A stretch of 45,717 nucleotides of DNA from Octopus bimaculoides. Its lineage: Eukaryota. The translations under genes and the position numbers were made by a program. Positions 1-13,604 of the stretch are shown here, one piece after another. Each line of letters opens with the position of its first letter. Position 1 is the first letter of the stretch. The notes beneath the pieces were generated by a model that was not told the DNA's origin, made no database searches, and saw nothing but the letters and a program-made list of their open reading frames with translations. The stretch is taken from contig NC_068984.1 of assembly GCF_001194135.2 (NCBI RefSeq), forward strand, positions 37,103,504 through 37,149,220, read 5' to 3'.

Positions 1-250
1 CACACATTTACATATATACGCATACATACTCACATACACACATGCGTACATATGTACATACATACATATAGCTATACCTCCATATATACATCGATACATA
101 TGCACATACACACACACAAGCTTATATATGTTTACATGTACACACATACACATACGTCTCCATACACACATATATACATATATACACACATACACTCTCA
201 CGTGTCTCCACATGTATACCTACACCCATATACATATACACTCATATATT
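1..250. repeat. Degenerate (CA)/(TA)-rich low-complexity tract
   Basis: Imperfect cacacata/tacata units; explains the His/Thr/Tyr-rich spurious ORF 52..339. Confidence 0.85.
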
Positions 251-3200
251 TGCGCCACAGACCTAATTCCAGTAAGATATATAGAGATGAATATACCTCT
301 TCCTTAATTTCGAACTTGTGCCTATACACATTCCGGTAATTCCTATTTATAAAAACCAGATGTTCAAAGAGTATGTTTTCTACAGTTTTCAATTGAAGCA
401 AGAATAGATAGAATTTCATGTTTTCATGCTTGAATTCATGAGAATCTACTGAAACGGTCTTAGAAATTTAAACTGTCTTTGTAACATCACCAAAAGGAAT
501 TATTTTAAAATAGTATCGCAAATGTTAAGGCAAGATTATGTCTGATGATATAGTGAACACACATTTACCGAATTCCCTCTCAGTATAAATAAAGTGGAAT
601 ATATGTGAAACATCTCAACCGATCACTTTGTTTCTTTTTAAACTGAAAAGTTCTTTCAGATTTGTTTTTCATTGCTTTTCAAATGATTTAAAACTTGAAG
701 GCCTGAATAAATGTGGGTGCATCATAAATTTGAGCATTAAAAATATTTTACTTAAACCCAATGAAAAATTAAAGACACTCTACTCTTTAATAATAATATC
801 AATTCTTCAAGAGCTTTTTGTATATTTTCGAGAAATATACAATATCTTAATTAAATCTATTTAAAGTTTAATTATTATACATTTTAAACTTTTCGTGTCA
901 ACAATTAAATAGCTCTGTGATTAAATATATATTCTTTTGCGCAGTGAGCCAATTTTGATAAAATTATATTCCGTTGATTTAAAATGTCAATAATTAAGAT
1001 TAAAAATATTCGTTTTATTTTATTGTTTAGTTTTAAATACTTGTGGAAGCGATTCTAGCAGTGTTGATGATGAGAATTATTATTGCGTTGAATCAATTAA
1101 AAATTGTTGTTCAATCAAAGACACGCTGTATTGTTTGGAATTCGGAATGACGTTAAATAAAACAAATAACAAGATTTCAATCACTTATGTTTCTTTAAAA
1201 GTATATGGAACATTCATTATTTCAGTAGATTTGAAAAAATAAAATAAATAAATATATGTAAAATCAAAAATTATATGTTGAAAAAATGATGAAATGGAAA
1301 ATTGTATCAGAAAAATTCTAATCTTTCATGTCATAATTCAATTCAATTTTCTACAAAATATCGAAAATGAAATTATTGAAATAACAAACTAGCATCAGTT
1401 AAAGCTTTCATGTTAGAACAACAAATTGTAAACAGACATTACAGAACACTTCTCAATACTATTTTATCTTAGTATCATTTAAAAAGAGAATAAAATAGAA
1501 GATTTTATGATGCACCGCAGTTAATGTGTTTTAATTCGTACGCATCGGATTAACATTCTACCATGTATTTAATACCATCAAACTATTTTTCTTGAGACCA
1601 ATAAGGCTGGAATAAAATTGAGTCTAAACTGTTTGTTAATGGGTTAGTAATTATACATCATGTGTTTAATCCTATAGTAGGTATTGCGCCATATTAGATT
1701 TTAAATGTATGAAAATTATTCCTGTAACTCAAGCATTATCTAAGACATTCAGCTGTAAAAATGTCTATCTACTTATCTTAACAATTAATCCAAATGCTTG
1801 ATTTCTAATATATATAGAGAAAGCCCGTTCTATTCCGTATGTTAAATTCATTAAATACTATGTGTAATGTTCAAAATATAATTCAAAGTATTGGGATTAA
1901 AATGTAACCTTTATAACAGAAAATACTTTTTCATATTTGAACGTCTGTATTGTAAAATGTTTAAGTTTGGATACAAGTAATCTTCAATAAAAATTATTTA
2001 TAGTATAGGATATATAACTTACATATATTTTGTTGGAAAATATTCGTGTGGTATAAGTATTACCCGCATAGTAATAGACCATTTAATAAATGGCTTTTAG
2101 ATTCTTCGTCTGTAGATATACTAGCGAGTGAAACAAAGTGGAACGTTCCCAGCAGGCTTTATGAAACTATGCAACACGAAATTGTGTTCGTTAAATGAAT
2201 ATATACTTAACGTTTTCTTGCAGAGTAAGTCATCTTTGTGTACGTAGTTGGAATCAATAAGAACTACTCTAAATAGTAATTGTCACTTTAGACAACGAAC
2301 TATATAACCATATATTTTTCTGGAAGAGAAACACAACTAATGAATAAAATTGGTCTCCTTAATAGCTTGTGAATCTACCAAACCATATATACTTTTTAAC
2401 ATATAAAATATTTATCTATTCTCATTATATATTATCTTCTTTAAACAATCTAGAATTTCGAAAGCAATCTTGTAAACTTTTGCTAAATATCGCTTCAATT
2501 TGTTTATCAAAACTTTTTTTTTTATTTCTTGTTATTGTGATGTATTTCCAGCAAATCACACCAAATCTATTTGAAGTCAATTCTATTGTTAACTATCAAT
2601 AATGCCCATAAGGAGCGAAGCGATATTATATGACATGAAACCGATACTTATTGACTGTCTCCTTTTCGCCCCCAGGGACTTATTTGCAATATTTGGCAGC
2701 TAAAAAGATTAATTAGTATTCATTGTCCCAACATTTTATTGATTTATTATCCGTAAAACAAAGCAAATACAGCTACATCAAATTGAGCCGAGAAACAATT
2801 CAGATAAAAATGAAATATTGTATTAGCTCATCTCTATATAGCTTATCATAAATTCAGAAATATATTCAATAATATCGAATATCAAGATAAAATATACTCT
2901 AAATATATTCCAACAGAATGTTTTTCTTGTTTTTTTTATGTCTCAAGGATGTATTCTTTGGTAAAAGTAGCTTGCTAGTCAACCACAAACCATTGTGTAA
3001 TATTTTTTCAAAGACATTAGGAACATTTTGAATATTCACGATTGCATTTTAAATAACATATTTATTAGCTTTTTTACATTTTATCAGTAAATGCCTATAG
3101 TACATATTTCTAAGTTAGAATAAAAAAAGGTCAGATAGGACTGCATGAAATGCCCAAACTCATGAAAAACATTTATTATAGAAAGCATAAATATATTGAA

Positions 3201-4279
3201 AGCCTGAGAACTGGCCTTAAGTATTTTGATAGGAATCACATGCCTAATGGCCGCAGGGTTCCCATGTAATGCATATGATGTATAAGGATACACGTAATTT
3301 AAATATTGACACGTATGCCGTATCAATACCTACGATTCTTTCTTCACTATAAATAGATTACATGCATGATATGTATAAATATTTCTATTGAAATAATTCT
3401 TAGTTACACTTGTATCTAACAAAGAAAACCTGTCGTTGGCTTTACTTTTGTTTAGTTACAAAGATCACTTCGTCAGCACAGTATTACAAGAGCCGAACAA
3501 ACTAGACAACATGTCGCTCACATTTGGTGATGAAATACTACTGAATGGTAGTATGATTGATCTGAACAATCTCCATCTCTTAAAATACCGAGTAGCCTAA
3601 CAAAATCTACTTGGAATAAACATTGGAATAATATCGTCAATTAGGGTCATTATGTTGGCAAATTAACATTTTGTACAGTTTATGCAGTCCTTCGTGAATG
3701 AAATCACATGCAATAAACGGAGATGCTACGTTGTCGTGCATATATTAATGATTAAAACATTGATTCTGTAAACAAAATTAATCAAGCTGCTATAATTTTT
3801 CTCATAAAATCTAACTTGACGAAGATCCTGCCTGTATAAATGCTTGCATGCATTCATCCCTACTCCCATACATACATTAATGCATACATATAAATTTCCG
3901 TTTATTCACTACTAAAAAAGAATAAAGACTGTATTATAGAACCATTCAGTAATACATCCTTTCTTGGTAAATAAACGGAAATATGTATGAATATAAATAA
4001 TATACAAATATATGTTTGAGAGTGTGTGTATACACACACACGCACATATATACATATATATAAATATATTATTTATATATGTACATGTATATGCATATGT
4101 GCTTATATGTGTATATACAAATGTATACGTATGTGTGAGTGTGTGTGTGTGTGTGCATGTGTGTGTACACGGTATTTTCTAAAATTGTATACACACTTTA
4201 ATAGTTGGTAACCCGCTCGTTTTATATTTAAACTATAACACATTTACGTAGAGTGTCATACGAAGCTGCGAACAAAAGA

Positions 4280-4534
4280 ATGTAAGTACTACTGCAATTT
4301 TAAAAACGCAACAAAGTTTAAGAGTAACTTTCAAACAGATCGACGAAAGCGATTTACCATCACTCGAATTAGAGGTTAGTTTTAAGCAACTGAAACCGTT
4401 CAGAATCTTCAGAGGAAAGGTTCCGAAAGACCACAGACAGCGACGAGGTCCAGGAAGCAAGACTACTAAAATGTATTACCATAGCAGAAGAAAATCTGAG
4501 CGGTGAGTGAGACATCAGAGAGGAAATTCAAAAT
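4280..4534 (+). repeat. 255-bp duplicated segment, copy A (copy B at 8891-9145)
   Basis: atgtaagtactactgc...gaggaaattcaaaat aligns ungapped to 8891-9145 with about 6 substitutions by manual count. Confidence 0.95.
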
Positions 4535-5280
4535 CGAAAGATTATCCGAAGACGCCAGCAATGCAGAAGACCATATCTGTGCTAATTAAGAACTGACCAA
4601 GGCTACCAGATCCTCAAATTGCAGAAGAAATACAAATCAATCTGCCCAAGATATCAACAATAACGGTCACAGCCAACACGTATGAAGAAAAAAGATTTAT
4701 ATATCGAGTTGTTCAGGCGGTGAAATCGGAGAATTTTGGAGTGATATGCGACTTTATGAAAGTGGAGCAATGGAAAGTAAAGCTGAAAACAGGATAAATA
4801 AACAGAAATAAACTTGTCACACTACTCTGCTAAAAACACGGTACGTTAATCCAAAATAAAGATCAATGTTCAATGAATTAATTTATCCTTCCTGGTTATA
4901 ACTAATGATAAGGTCAAAGATGAAAATATAGAGTTAAACTTTCATCTTTACTCTTTAATGTTATTTCTCTGGAAAGTTCTTCGCCTTTATGTACACTCAT
5001 ACATATGCAGATGTCGGAGTCGGTTGTATTAACCTTAATATAAAATAACAGTCAGATAAAGCAAACGTGTTTCTTTTTGAGGATAATCTTCAAGTGAGTT
5101 GCAAAAGTCATTCAGGAAGCTGAAGACCTTTTAAATATATAGTTGCTGCTTGAAAGATTTAATTTATTTGTAAGGACACAGTAGTTTATGTACAAACATT
5201 TCGATATTAGTAAATGTTCTTTCTTTTACTCACACATGCATAAACCGCAAGCACACTAATAGAAACCTGAGAAATATTTG

Positions 5281-5635
<355 letters not shown>

Positions 5636-6369
5636 TTTTAATTATATACCCACAGCATGTATCATATTGAACCATAAATATATGCTGTTGGTCATTCTTG
5701 CACAAAAACGTACTTGAAATTACCTTTAAGTCGATATGCACATTGTCTACTATGAGGTAAAATGAATCTAAGCATCTACTAAACATTTAAGACAAAAATA
5801 TGTAAATTCCATTTAAATAAACAGAAGAAAGCTATGCCGCGAATACTAGTACGAAATCGTACATCACAATAAACATGTCTACAATGCACAAAACTGGATG
5901 GACAATGAAATTGATATGCCGGTGACGTCTCGCCGGACATCTCCAAAGGCAGTATTCCACAGGTTTTGTTGAAGCTTCGGGAAAGATTGATTCACTGTTC
6001 AGTAATCGATCGGCGAGACACACAGAACAAAATAAAGACATGTAGATATACTTAATTTAATATTTTCTTCTTCTTTTCTTCAGCAGCAATGAAAACAAAC
6101 TACACAACAGAAGCAAATTCTACTTAGCACTGACCTTAGTGATATTTAATTGTCTATTTGTCTACTTTTCAAATAGCATGTGTTTCTCCATTCTTTAAAA
6201 TCCACATCCAACACAATAGTAACCTAACCAGTACACTGATCATCTTCCACTATTTTCTACTTATCATCATCCTATTCATTAAAATCATCATCATCTTGAT
6301 CATAACAATCATTGTCACTATCATCACAACCATCCTCACCATTAGCATTATCATATATCCTTTAAAGTG

Positions 6370-6725
6370 CAGCAAAAGATCGTATAAATTCCAACCGCTG
6401 TAACAGGTCATCCTCAGAGCGAATGAATAGTAGAGATATAATCAGAAATTTTCTAAATTGCTAAGATGGTTGTTATACAGATAGACGTCGAAGTTCAGGC
6501 CGTTTGGTGTATTTAGATGATCCATATGTTATGAGCGTAGTGCACGATGGGATGGTGGGATAATTCGATAATCTGCTAAAAGGCGTTAGGAGTGGGCAAT
6601 GGCAAGAGGGCGAATACTGGTGGATAGGATGACAGACGAGCAAATGCGGTGAAAGACAAAGGATGTATTACGATATAGGATTCAGGGTACTTTACATCAG
6701 CCTACGTGTCCAAAAATGCGAGAGC
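6370..6725 (-). mobile_element. Decayed Penelope-like element 3' portion (GIY-YIG C-terminal tail plus terminal motif)
   Basis: The minus strand reads W-I-(frameshift)-L-N-T-P-N-G-L-N-F-D around 6487-6524. This resembles the WI..L.T..P.GLN end of PLE GIY-YIG endonucleases and is followed downstream by a hammerhead-like motif. Confidence 0.5.
6389..6417 (-). ncRNA. Decayed hammerhead-like motif
   Basis: Minus strand: CUGAGGA-ugacc-[uguuacagc]-gguug-GAA(U). The first core box is intact and stem II pairs with two G-U wobbles. GAAA reads GAAU and stems I/III cannot be recovered. Confidence 0.4.
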
Positions 6726-6992
6726 CTAGTTTATATATAAATGTATATATGTATGTCATTATTCAGTTTATTTCAAGATTTATTGCCAATAAAGAAAGAA
6801 CGGGTTTCTAACCAAGATCTAAGGCACCGTCATTGGAATTTCAACATCAACAACAGGGTATTTTTGTTTGTTTGCTTGTCTGTATGTATGTACGTATGTG
6901 TGTATGTATGTATGTATGTATGTGCAGATTTGTATGTTTCATGTATGTATCCTCATGCATACAATTGCATATATAGACATACTCATACATAT

Positions 6993-8470
6993 TTAAATGA
7001 TAAACTTCTGGAAAGTTTTACAGATTTTTACAGTTCCAGTGGTGGATTGGAACTGTAGTCTTCGAATTAGCTTTCTCCTTTCCGGTTTTGAGAAGCCTAA
7101 TTTCTCAAGATTGGTAAGTAGGCAGTGTGTTACAGATTCCAGGGCTCCAATAATTACAGATATAAACCTGAACTTGTGATTACATTTTCGGGCAACTGCT
7201 TATGCTGCGAGGGGTTTCTTCAGTCTGAACTCCACAAAGTCTCCATTGTTTGTGACAGTTTAGAGCTTTACCTGCATCTGTATCCCTTTTGTGCATCAGG
7301 TACTTGGTTGATATTTCTTGGTCCTGGATTTCAAACGCATACCAATTCAAAGTGGGAGGTAGTAATCCAGCTATTGGTTCATGATAAACTGCTTTGATGA
7401 TCAATGTTACTATCATCACAGAGCTTTCTATCAACATAGCCATGCATAGTCTTCTGTTTATATATGCTCATCCTTTCATCTGATGATACGTTGCGCTAGA
7501 GTTGTTCGACTTCTTTGGGCATGTATTCTAGGTTATGAGACAAAGAGTGTTGCTAAAGGAGCGACCTTCCAAGTCTCATGATGTTATCCACCTCATGTAT
7601 GCAAACTTGGTCAAGGGATGCACTTTGACACTTGATGGTTAAGAGATGTTGCCGAAAGAAGGTGATGCGACATTCAAAGGTGTTTCAGATCGATGTTAAG
7701 CCTTTTCCGCCTTGTTTTCACTTTAGGTAGAGGTGGTTTACATAACTGTTTATATGGAAACTATGTGTGCTTGTTAGTATTTTTCAGGTTTTCACATCAA
7801 TGGCTCGGATCGCATCAAGCGTCCAATCAGGCAGCCCAAATATTTGTATGAGTACTGACACTGCAAACACATTGTGGGCCCCTGTTTCTTTAAATGCAGA
7901 GGGTTCTGAGGTCCAAATTTTCTTTATTCGTTTGTAATATTTTTGATGACAAGTGTTTTGCTACAGGTGCTACTGTAAGATATATTTTCATCCATCCCTA
8001 GATACCTGTAACATTCCTCGATAGATACAGTAGAAGCTGTGAAATCATTAATGGGGATGTTACTAGTCTGGTTTATAGTTTTCCCCTTTTCAGAGCCATA
8101 TAACAACATTTATCCTGACCAAACGTCGATCGTCCACCCTTTGAGAATGTTGTAACTTGGTCAAGGCTCTTTCTCATCTCATGCTTATTCTTTACATAAA
8201 GTCTTAAGTCGTCCACAAAGAAACAACGTGTAATTTTGGTATTTCTGTTTCCTTGTGAACCAGTGAGGTATCCTTCAGACTTCTTTAACATGAATGAAAA
8301 GGGGTTTACGGAAAGTATAAGCAACATTACAGAGAGGCTGTCCCCTTGGAATATGCCTTTGCGATACGGTATTCTATCGCTGACAGTATATTCACTCAGT
8401 GTTTAATTTCAAGATGGTGACCCACAATGAAGTCATATCAGCTATGGCTTTGACTTCTCACTGGAACTTT
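6993..8470 (-). mobile_element. Decayed non-LTR retrotransposon, RLE-type (R4/Dong-like), 5'-truncated and internally deleted
   Basis: RT motifs KGIFQGDSLSVMLL (~8320-8370), FFVDDLRLY and FGQDKC; EIQDQEIST; zinc-knuckle remnant WRLCGVQTEETPRSISSCPK; C-terminal SVIIGALESV...KICKTFQKFII* ending at 6993. Multiple stops and frameshifts. Confidence 0.85.
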
Positions 8471-8890
8471 AGCAAGTTGAAGGGCTTCTAGCATCCATGA
8501 GTGGGGAACAGTGTAAGTATGTATGTATGTATGCATGTGTGTGTGATTGTGTGTACGTATATGAGAGAGACAGAGAGAGAGAAAGTGAGATAAAGAGATA
8601 AAGAGATAAAGAGATAAAGAGAGTGTTACGATGTACCTTAGTAAGTCTATAATCGATTAAATTAATTACAGTAGTGAATTCATGCATATATTTACCCCAG
8701 TAAAACGGCGTTGAAAACTTATAGAAATCCAATTCCTAAACTTTCTGATTCATGAAATATTTGTTAATATTCGGGGTTATGCTGCCAGAGAATTCAAAGA
8801 AACCATAAATACAAGCAGTAAATAACCTACAAACTTTAGTTCCGACCCTTTGATTTCGAATGCTAATATCGGAAACTTTAGTTAAAATAT

Positions 8891-9145
8891 ATGTAAGTAC
8901 TACTGCAATTTTAAAAACGCAACAAAGTTTAAGAGTAACTTTCAAACAGATCGACGAAAGCGATTTACCATCACTCGAATTAGAGGTTAGTTTTAAGCAA
9001 TTGAAACCGTTCAGAATCTTCAGAGGAAAAGTTCTGAAATACCATAGACAGCGACGAGGTCCAGGAAGCAAGACTACTAAAATGTATTACCATAGCAGAA
9101 GAAAATCTGAGCGGTGAGTGAGGCATCAGAGAGGAAATTCAAAAT
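8891..9145 (+). repeat. 255-bp duplicated segment, copy B (runs into N-gap)
   Basis: About 97-98% identical to 4280-4534 by manual alignment; true 3' extent hidden by gap 9146-9412. Confidence 0.95.
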
Positions 9146-9412
9146 NNNNNNNNNNNNNNNNNNNNNNNNNNNNNNNNNNNNNNNNNNNNNNNNNNNNNNN
9201 NNNNNNNNNNNNNNNNNNNNNNNNNNNNNNNNNNNNNNNNNNNNNNNNNNNNNNNNNNNNNNNNNNNNNNNNNNNNNNNNNNNNNNNNNNNNNNNNNNNN
9301 NNNNNNNNNNNNNNNNNNNNNNNNNNNNNNNNNNNNNNNNNNNNNNNNNNNNNNNNNNNNNNNNNNNNNNNNNNNNNNNNNNNNNNNNNNNNNNNNNNNN
9401 NNNNNNNNNNNN
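9146..9412. other. Assembly gap (N run). Other gaps: 12022-12962, 13605-14237, 15088-15476, 20827-20861, 42193-42458, 43407-43860
   Basis: Runs of n, most flanked by (TA)n or (TG)n microsatellites. Confidence 1.
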
Positions 9413-9892
9413 GTGCATGTGCGCGTGTGGTGTGCGCGTGTGTATATATATATATATATGACAGAGAAAGAAAGAAATACAAAAAAACAGAATGAGGAAG
9501 TGTGGCTTAAGATGAATTAGTTTTTTAAAACGTCTACGGAAATTGAGAAAATAATGTTTTATGAATCAAGTAAAGGTTTTTGGCTCTATACGTCAAGATT
9601 TAAAATGCAATTACCACCGATCAATTAAAATTATAAATGTGTGTTTATAAGACTTCATACGAGAAACTTATGAAATGATGAAGGAGGAAGAAATTCCAAC
9701 AATAAAGACGAAACAAGACTAAAACATATTACCGACATACGCACATACAATGAAATAAAAACTATAAGAGAAACATAAATGTATAAAGCGGCAAACATCC
9801 TAGAATTTTTCCATGAAAAATTTCCTTCAAAATTCGTCTTAAAGATGAATGAATATTCTGACTAAATTTGCCTTCAGTAATATTTTTATTTG

Positions 9893-10315
9893 CCACATTG
9901 TCCTTGTTGTGGTGAGTAGCTTATGTGCCTCCGTGACTCCAGGAGTTATACTAGCGGAATACAATATTGTGGTGGGGCCTCCCATTCGGGACACGTCAAA
10001 TCGTTGATTTCAGACTAATGTGGATAACCTCTTCCGAGAGGGAAAATATTGGTGTAAGACCGACGTTCTCTGCCTGGAAAATAGCAAAATTACAGAAGCG
10101 TTGATGGGAATTCCAAAGAAATAAAACCTGTGAGAGAAAACCCATCTTTTCAGGGAAACATACCATGCGGAGCAGCAAAATCCTGATGAAAGTCGCAAGG
10201 AGGAATAGAGATCAAACTGAAGAGAAGCAAACTTCCCAGAGTTGAAGAGAAAGGAGAACATTTGTCGATGGCCTATGCTACATAGTGAACAAAAGGCATC
10301 AGAAGAATAAATAAA
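9893..10315 (+). mobile_element. Short RTE-clade LINE derivative (5'-UTR-like segment joined to ORF 3' end)
   Basis: The 3' part reads ...KITEAL/WEFQ...RERRTFVDGLCYIVNKR, resembling the RTE C-terminus (QAL.WNPQG...WR..V.GLC). The 5' part ccttgttgtggtg...gtgcctccgtgac...ggagttat...ggtggggcctccca resembles my recollection of RTE 5' UTRs. Confidence 0.55.
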
Positions 10316-11344
10316 GTTACATGGAAAAGAAAACGGGCTTTTGAAGATGTTCAGGCTGATCAAATGATGGAAATTTATGATTCAATAACGAACAAAGGAA
10401 AATGAGGATAGAAACCGAAAGCCAAGACTCTGAACGAATAAGGATACATACTTCTCGTGTTTATACAGATACAAGCAAAAATAACTAATGATCCATTGAT
10501 ATGTAATATATTGTACAAAACTGGACAGTAACAGCTACTGCTATAAAATACAAAAGTATTGTTATTATTTTCCTTCTCGACTGTAGAAATTCTGCACAGA
10601 ATACATTAAAGATATAGAAGTCCATACACGACATTTAAGTCGCGATAAGCCATGAAACACCTTTATAAATTTTACTTTAAAGTTATATTTAACCTACTGC
10701 GAAACAGTGTTTCTATGAATTAATTCATTCACGTCGTTACAGCTGGCAATGTTATGCTAATTTGGTCAGTTTCAATTTGAGTAAACATTAATGGATGTAT
10801 ACATATATACATGCAACCTCCCCCCACCCATATATATATATATACATGCATATATCTTATACACACAGAGACATATATGATAGTGTATGTGCGTGTGTGT
10901 CTGTATATGTGTGTACATATATATACATTTCTATAAATATATTCAAATAAATAGATACCGATTAATATTTATTTGTATATTTCATCCAAATACAAATGTT
11001 TATGCACGCCCACATTCATACATACAGACAGACTGACAGAAAGCTGATATTGCACTAATCGCTACACCTACTTTTTTTCAATTCTAAGTTAGGGAAAAGC
11101 CTAAAGCAAGAATTCTTCTAGTACATGTCAAATATGTACCAAACACATCTGAAATTATTTAACTGTTTGTTTACACGCAACACTGCTTTCACTGGTCTAA
11201 ATGAGTAAACAAATATTTTTCACTAACGTCCGAATAAATATTTCTGAATTTCTATCTTTCAATAACATATAATAATATTTTTAACCCTCCTTTCAGGAAG
11301 GAAAGCTCTCGCTTTCTTTCTTACTTTCATTTACATACATATGT

Positions 11345-11484
11345 CTGTCTCTGTTTATATTTCACTCTCCAGCCTATCCTCTCTTTCACGCTCTTTCTTT
11401 CTCGCTCTCTCGCTCCCTCCCTCTCTCACTCTCTCACTCTCCATATATCCATATATACATATATGTGTGTTTATAGACAGATAG

Positions 11485-11543
<59 letters not shown>

Positions 11544-11700
11544 CGTGCATACATGCATATATACCTACCTAAATACATACATACCTACATACATACATGC
11601 ATACATATATACCTACCTACCTACATACACACATACATACATACATAAAGCAAATATATGTGTGAGTGTCTGAGTGTGTATGCATGTGTGTGTGATTGTA
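11345..11700. repeat. Compound microsatellite (CT)n/(TA)n/(TACA)n
   Basis: Directly visible. Confidence 0.95.
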
Positions 11701-12984
11701 TGAGCATTTCAGCATTTCATATGTGTGATGATGAAACAATCAACAGAATATTGGCTTTTTCCAAGGGAATTTGAAAACAAAAGCGAAATGTTTCATGGCT
11801 GCTTCACTATAATGATAACAATCCTTATCGACATGGTGAGTCAGTGCAGTATTATTGAAATCTTTTCAACTTTGACTCCTACGAGAGACGACAAAAGGTT
11901 TTATAAAAGAAAAATAACTGTATCCCAATATCATACAAACACGAGTTCTGTTCATATCCTCATGTTCGTTCTGTAATTTATCTTTCTCTCAACCATTAAG
12001 TTCGTTACCTTTCAAATATATNNNNNNNNNNNNNNNNNNNNNNNNNNNNNNNNNNNNNNNNNNNNNNNNNNNNNNNNNNNNNNNNNNNNNNNNNNNNNNN
12101 NNNNNNNNNNNNNNNNNNNNNNNNNNNNNNNNNNNNNNNNNNNNNNNNNNNNNNNNNNNNNNNNNNNNNNNNNNNNNNNNNNNNNNNNNNNNNNNNNNNN
12201 NNNNNNNNNNNNNNNNNNNNNNNNNNNNNNNNNNNNNNNNNNNNNNNNNNNNNNNNNNNNNNNNNNNNNNNNNNNNNNNNNNNNNNNNNNNNNNNNNNNN
12301 NNNNNNNNNNNNNNNNNNNNNNNNNNNNNNNNNNNNNNNNNNNNNNNNNNNNNNNNNNNNNNNNNNNNNNNNNNNNNNNNNNNNNNNNNNNNNNNNNNNN
12401 NNNNNNNNNNNNNNNNNNNNNNNNNNNNNNNNNNNNNNNNNNNNNNNNNNNNNNNNNNNNNNNNNNNNNNNNNNNNNNNNNNNNNNNNNNNNNNNNNNNN
12501 NNNNNNNNNNNNNNNNNNNNNNNNNNNNNNNNNNNNNNNNNNNNNNNNNNNNNNNNNNNNNNNNNNNNNNNNNNNNNNNNNNNNNNNNNNNNNNNNNNNN
12601 NNNNNNNNNNNNNNNNNNNNNNNNNNNNNNNNNNNNNNNNNNNNNNNNNNNNNNNNNNNNNNNNNNNNNNNNNNNNNNNNNNNNNNNNNNNNNNNNNNNN
12701 NNNNNNNNNNNNNNNNNNNNNNNNNNNNNNNNNNNNNNNNNNNNNNNNNNNNNNNNNNNNNNNNNNNNNNNNNNNNNNNNNNNNNNNNNNNNNNNNNNNN
12801 NNNNNNNNNNNNNNNNNNNNNNNNNNNNNNNNNNNNNNNNNNNNNNNNNNNNNNNNNNNNNNNNNNNNNNNNNNNNNNNNNNNNNNNNNNNNNNNNNNNN
12901 NNNNNNNNNNNNNNNNNNNNNNNNNNNNNNNNNNNNNNNNNNNNNNNNNNNNNNNNNNNNNNATATATATATATGTATTCCTTT

Positions 12985-13440
12985 ATTCTTTCATTTTTTT
13001 ACTTGTTTCAGTCATTTGACTCCGGCCATGCTGGGACACTGCCTTTAGTCGATCAAATCGACGCCCAGAACTTATTCTTTGCAAGCCTAGTACTTATTAT
13101 GTCGGTGTCTTTTGGCGAACCGCTATGTTGCGTGGATGTAAACACACCACCATCGGTTGTCAAGCGATGTTGGGGGACAAACATAGACACACAAACATAC
13201 ATACACACAACACACACACACACAACACACATACACACACACATACAGACACATACACACACATACACACACATATGTATTCGACGGGCTTCCTTCAGTT
13301 ACCATCTACCAAATCAACTCACAAGGATTCGATCGGCCCGAGACTATAGTAGAAGACCCCTACTCAAGGTGTCACGCAGTGAGACTGAACCCGGAACCAT
13401 GTAGTTGGTAAGCAAGCTACTACACAGCCGCTTCTGCGCC
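12985..13440 (-). mobile_element. tRNA-derived SINE, family A, near full length, internal (CA)n
   Basis: The minus strand begins ggcgcagaagcggctgtgtagtag...ggttccgggttcagtctcactgcgtgacacc and is homologous to 5281-5635. Confidence 0.9.
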
Positions 13441-13488
13441 TATATATATATGTATGTATATATGTATGTATATATATATATATAGACA

Positions 13489-13548
<60 letters not shown>

Positions 13549-13572
13549 CACACACGTATGCATATAAATACA

Positions 13573-13604
<32 letters not shown>

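Noticed and set aside
3524-3568. C/D snoRNA-like or hammerhead-like motif: GTGATGA...CTGA with a 7-bp hairpin atactac/gtagtat
   Set aside because: Only ~45 nt with no room for guide sequences; for a hammerhead it lacks the C3 core base and GAAA.
9893-9997. HDV-like ribozyme in the RTE-like 5' segment
   Set aside because: gccaca can pair with tgtggt, but P2, P3 and P1.1 could not be placed in the required order.
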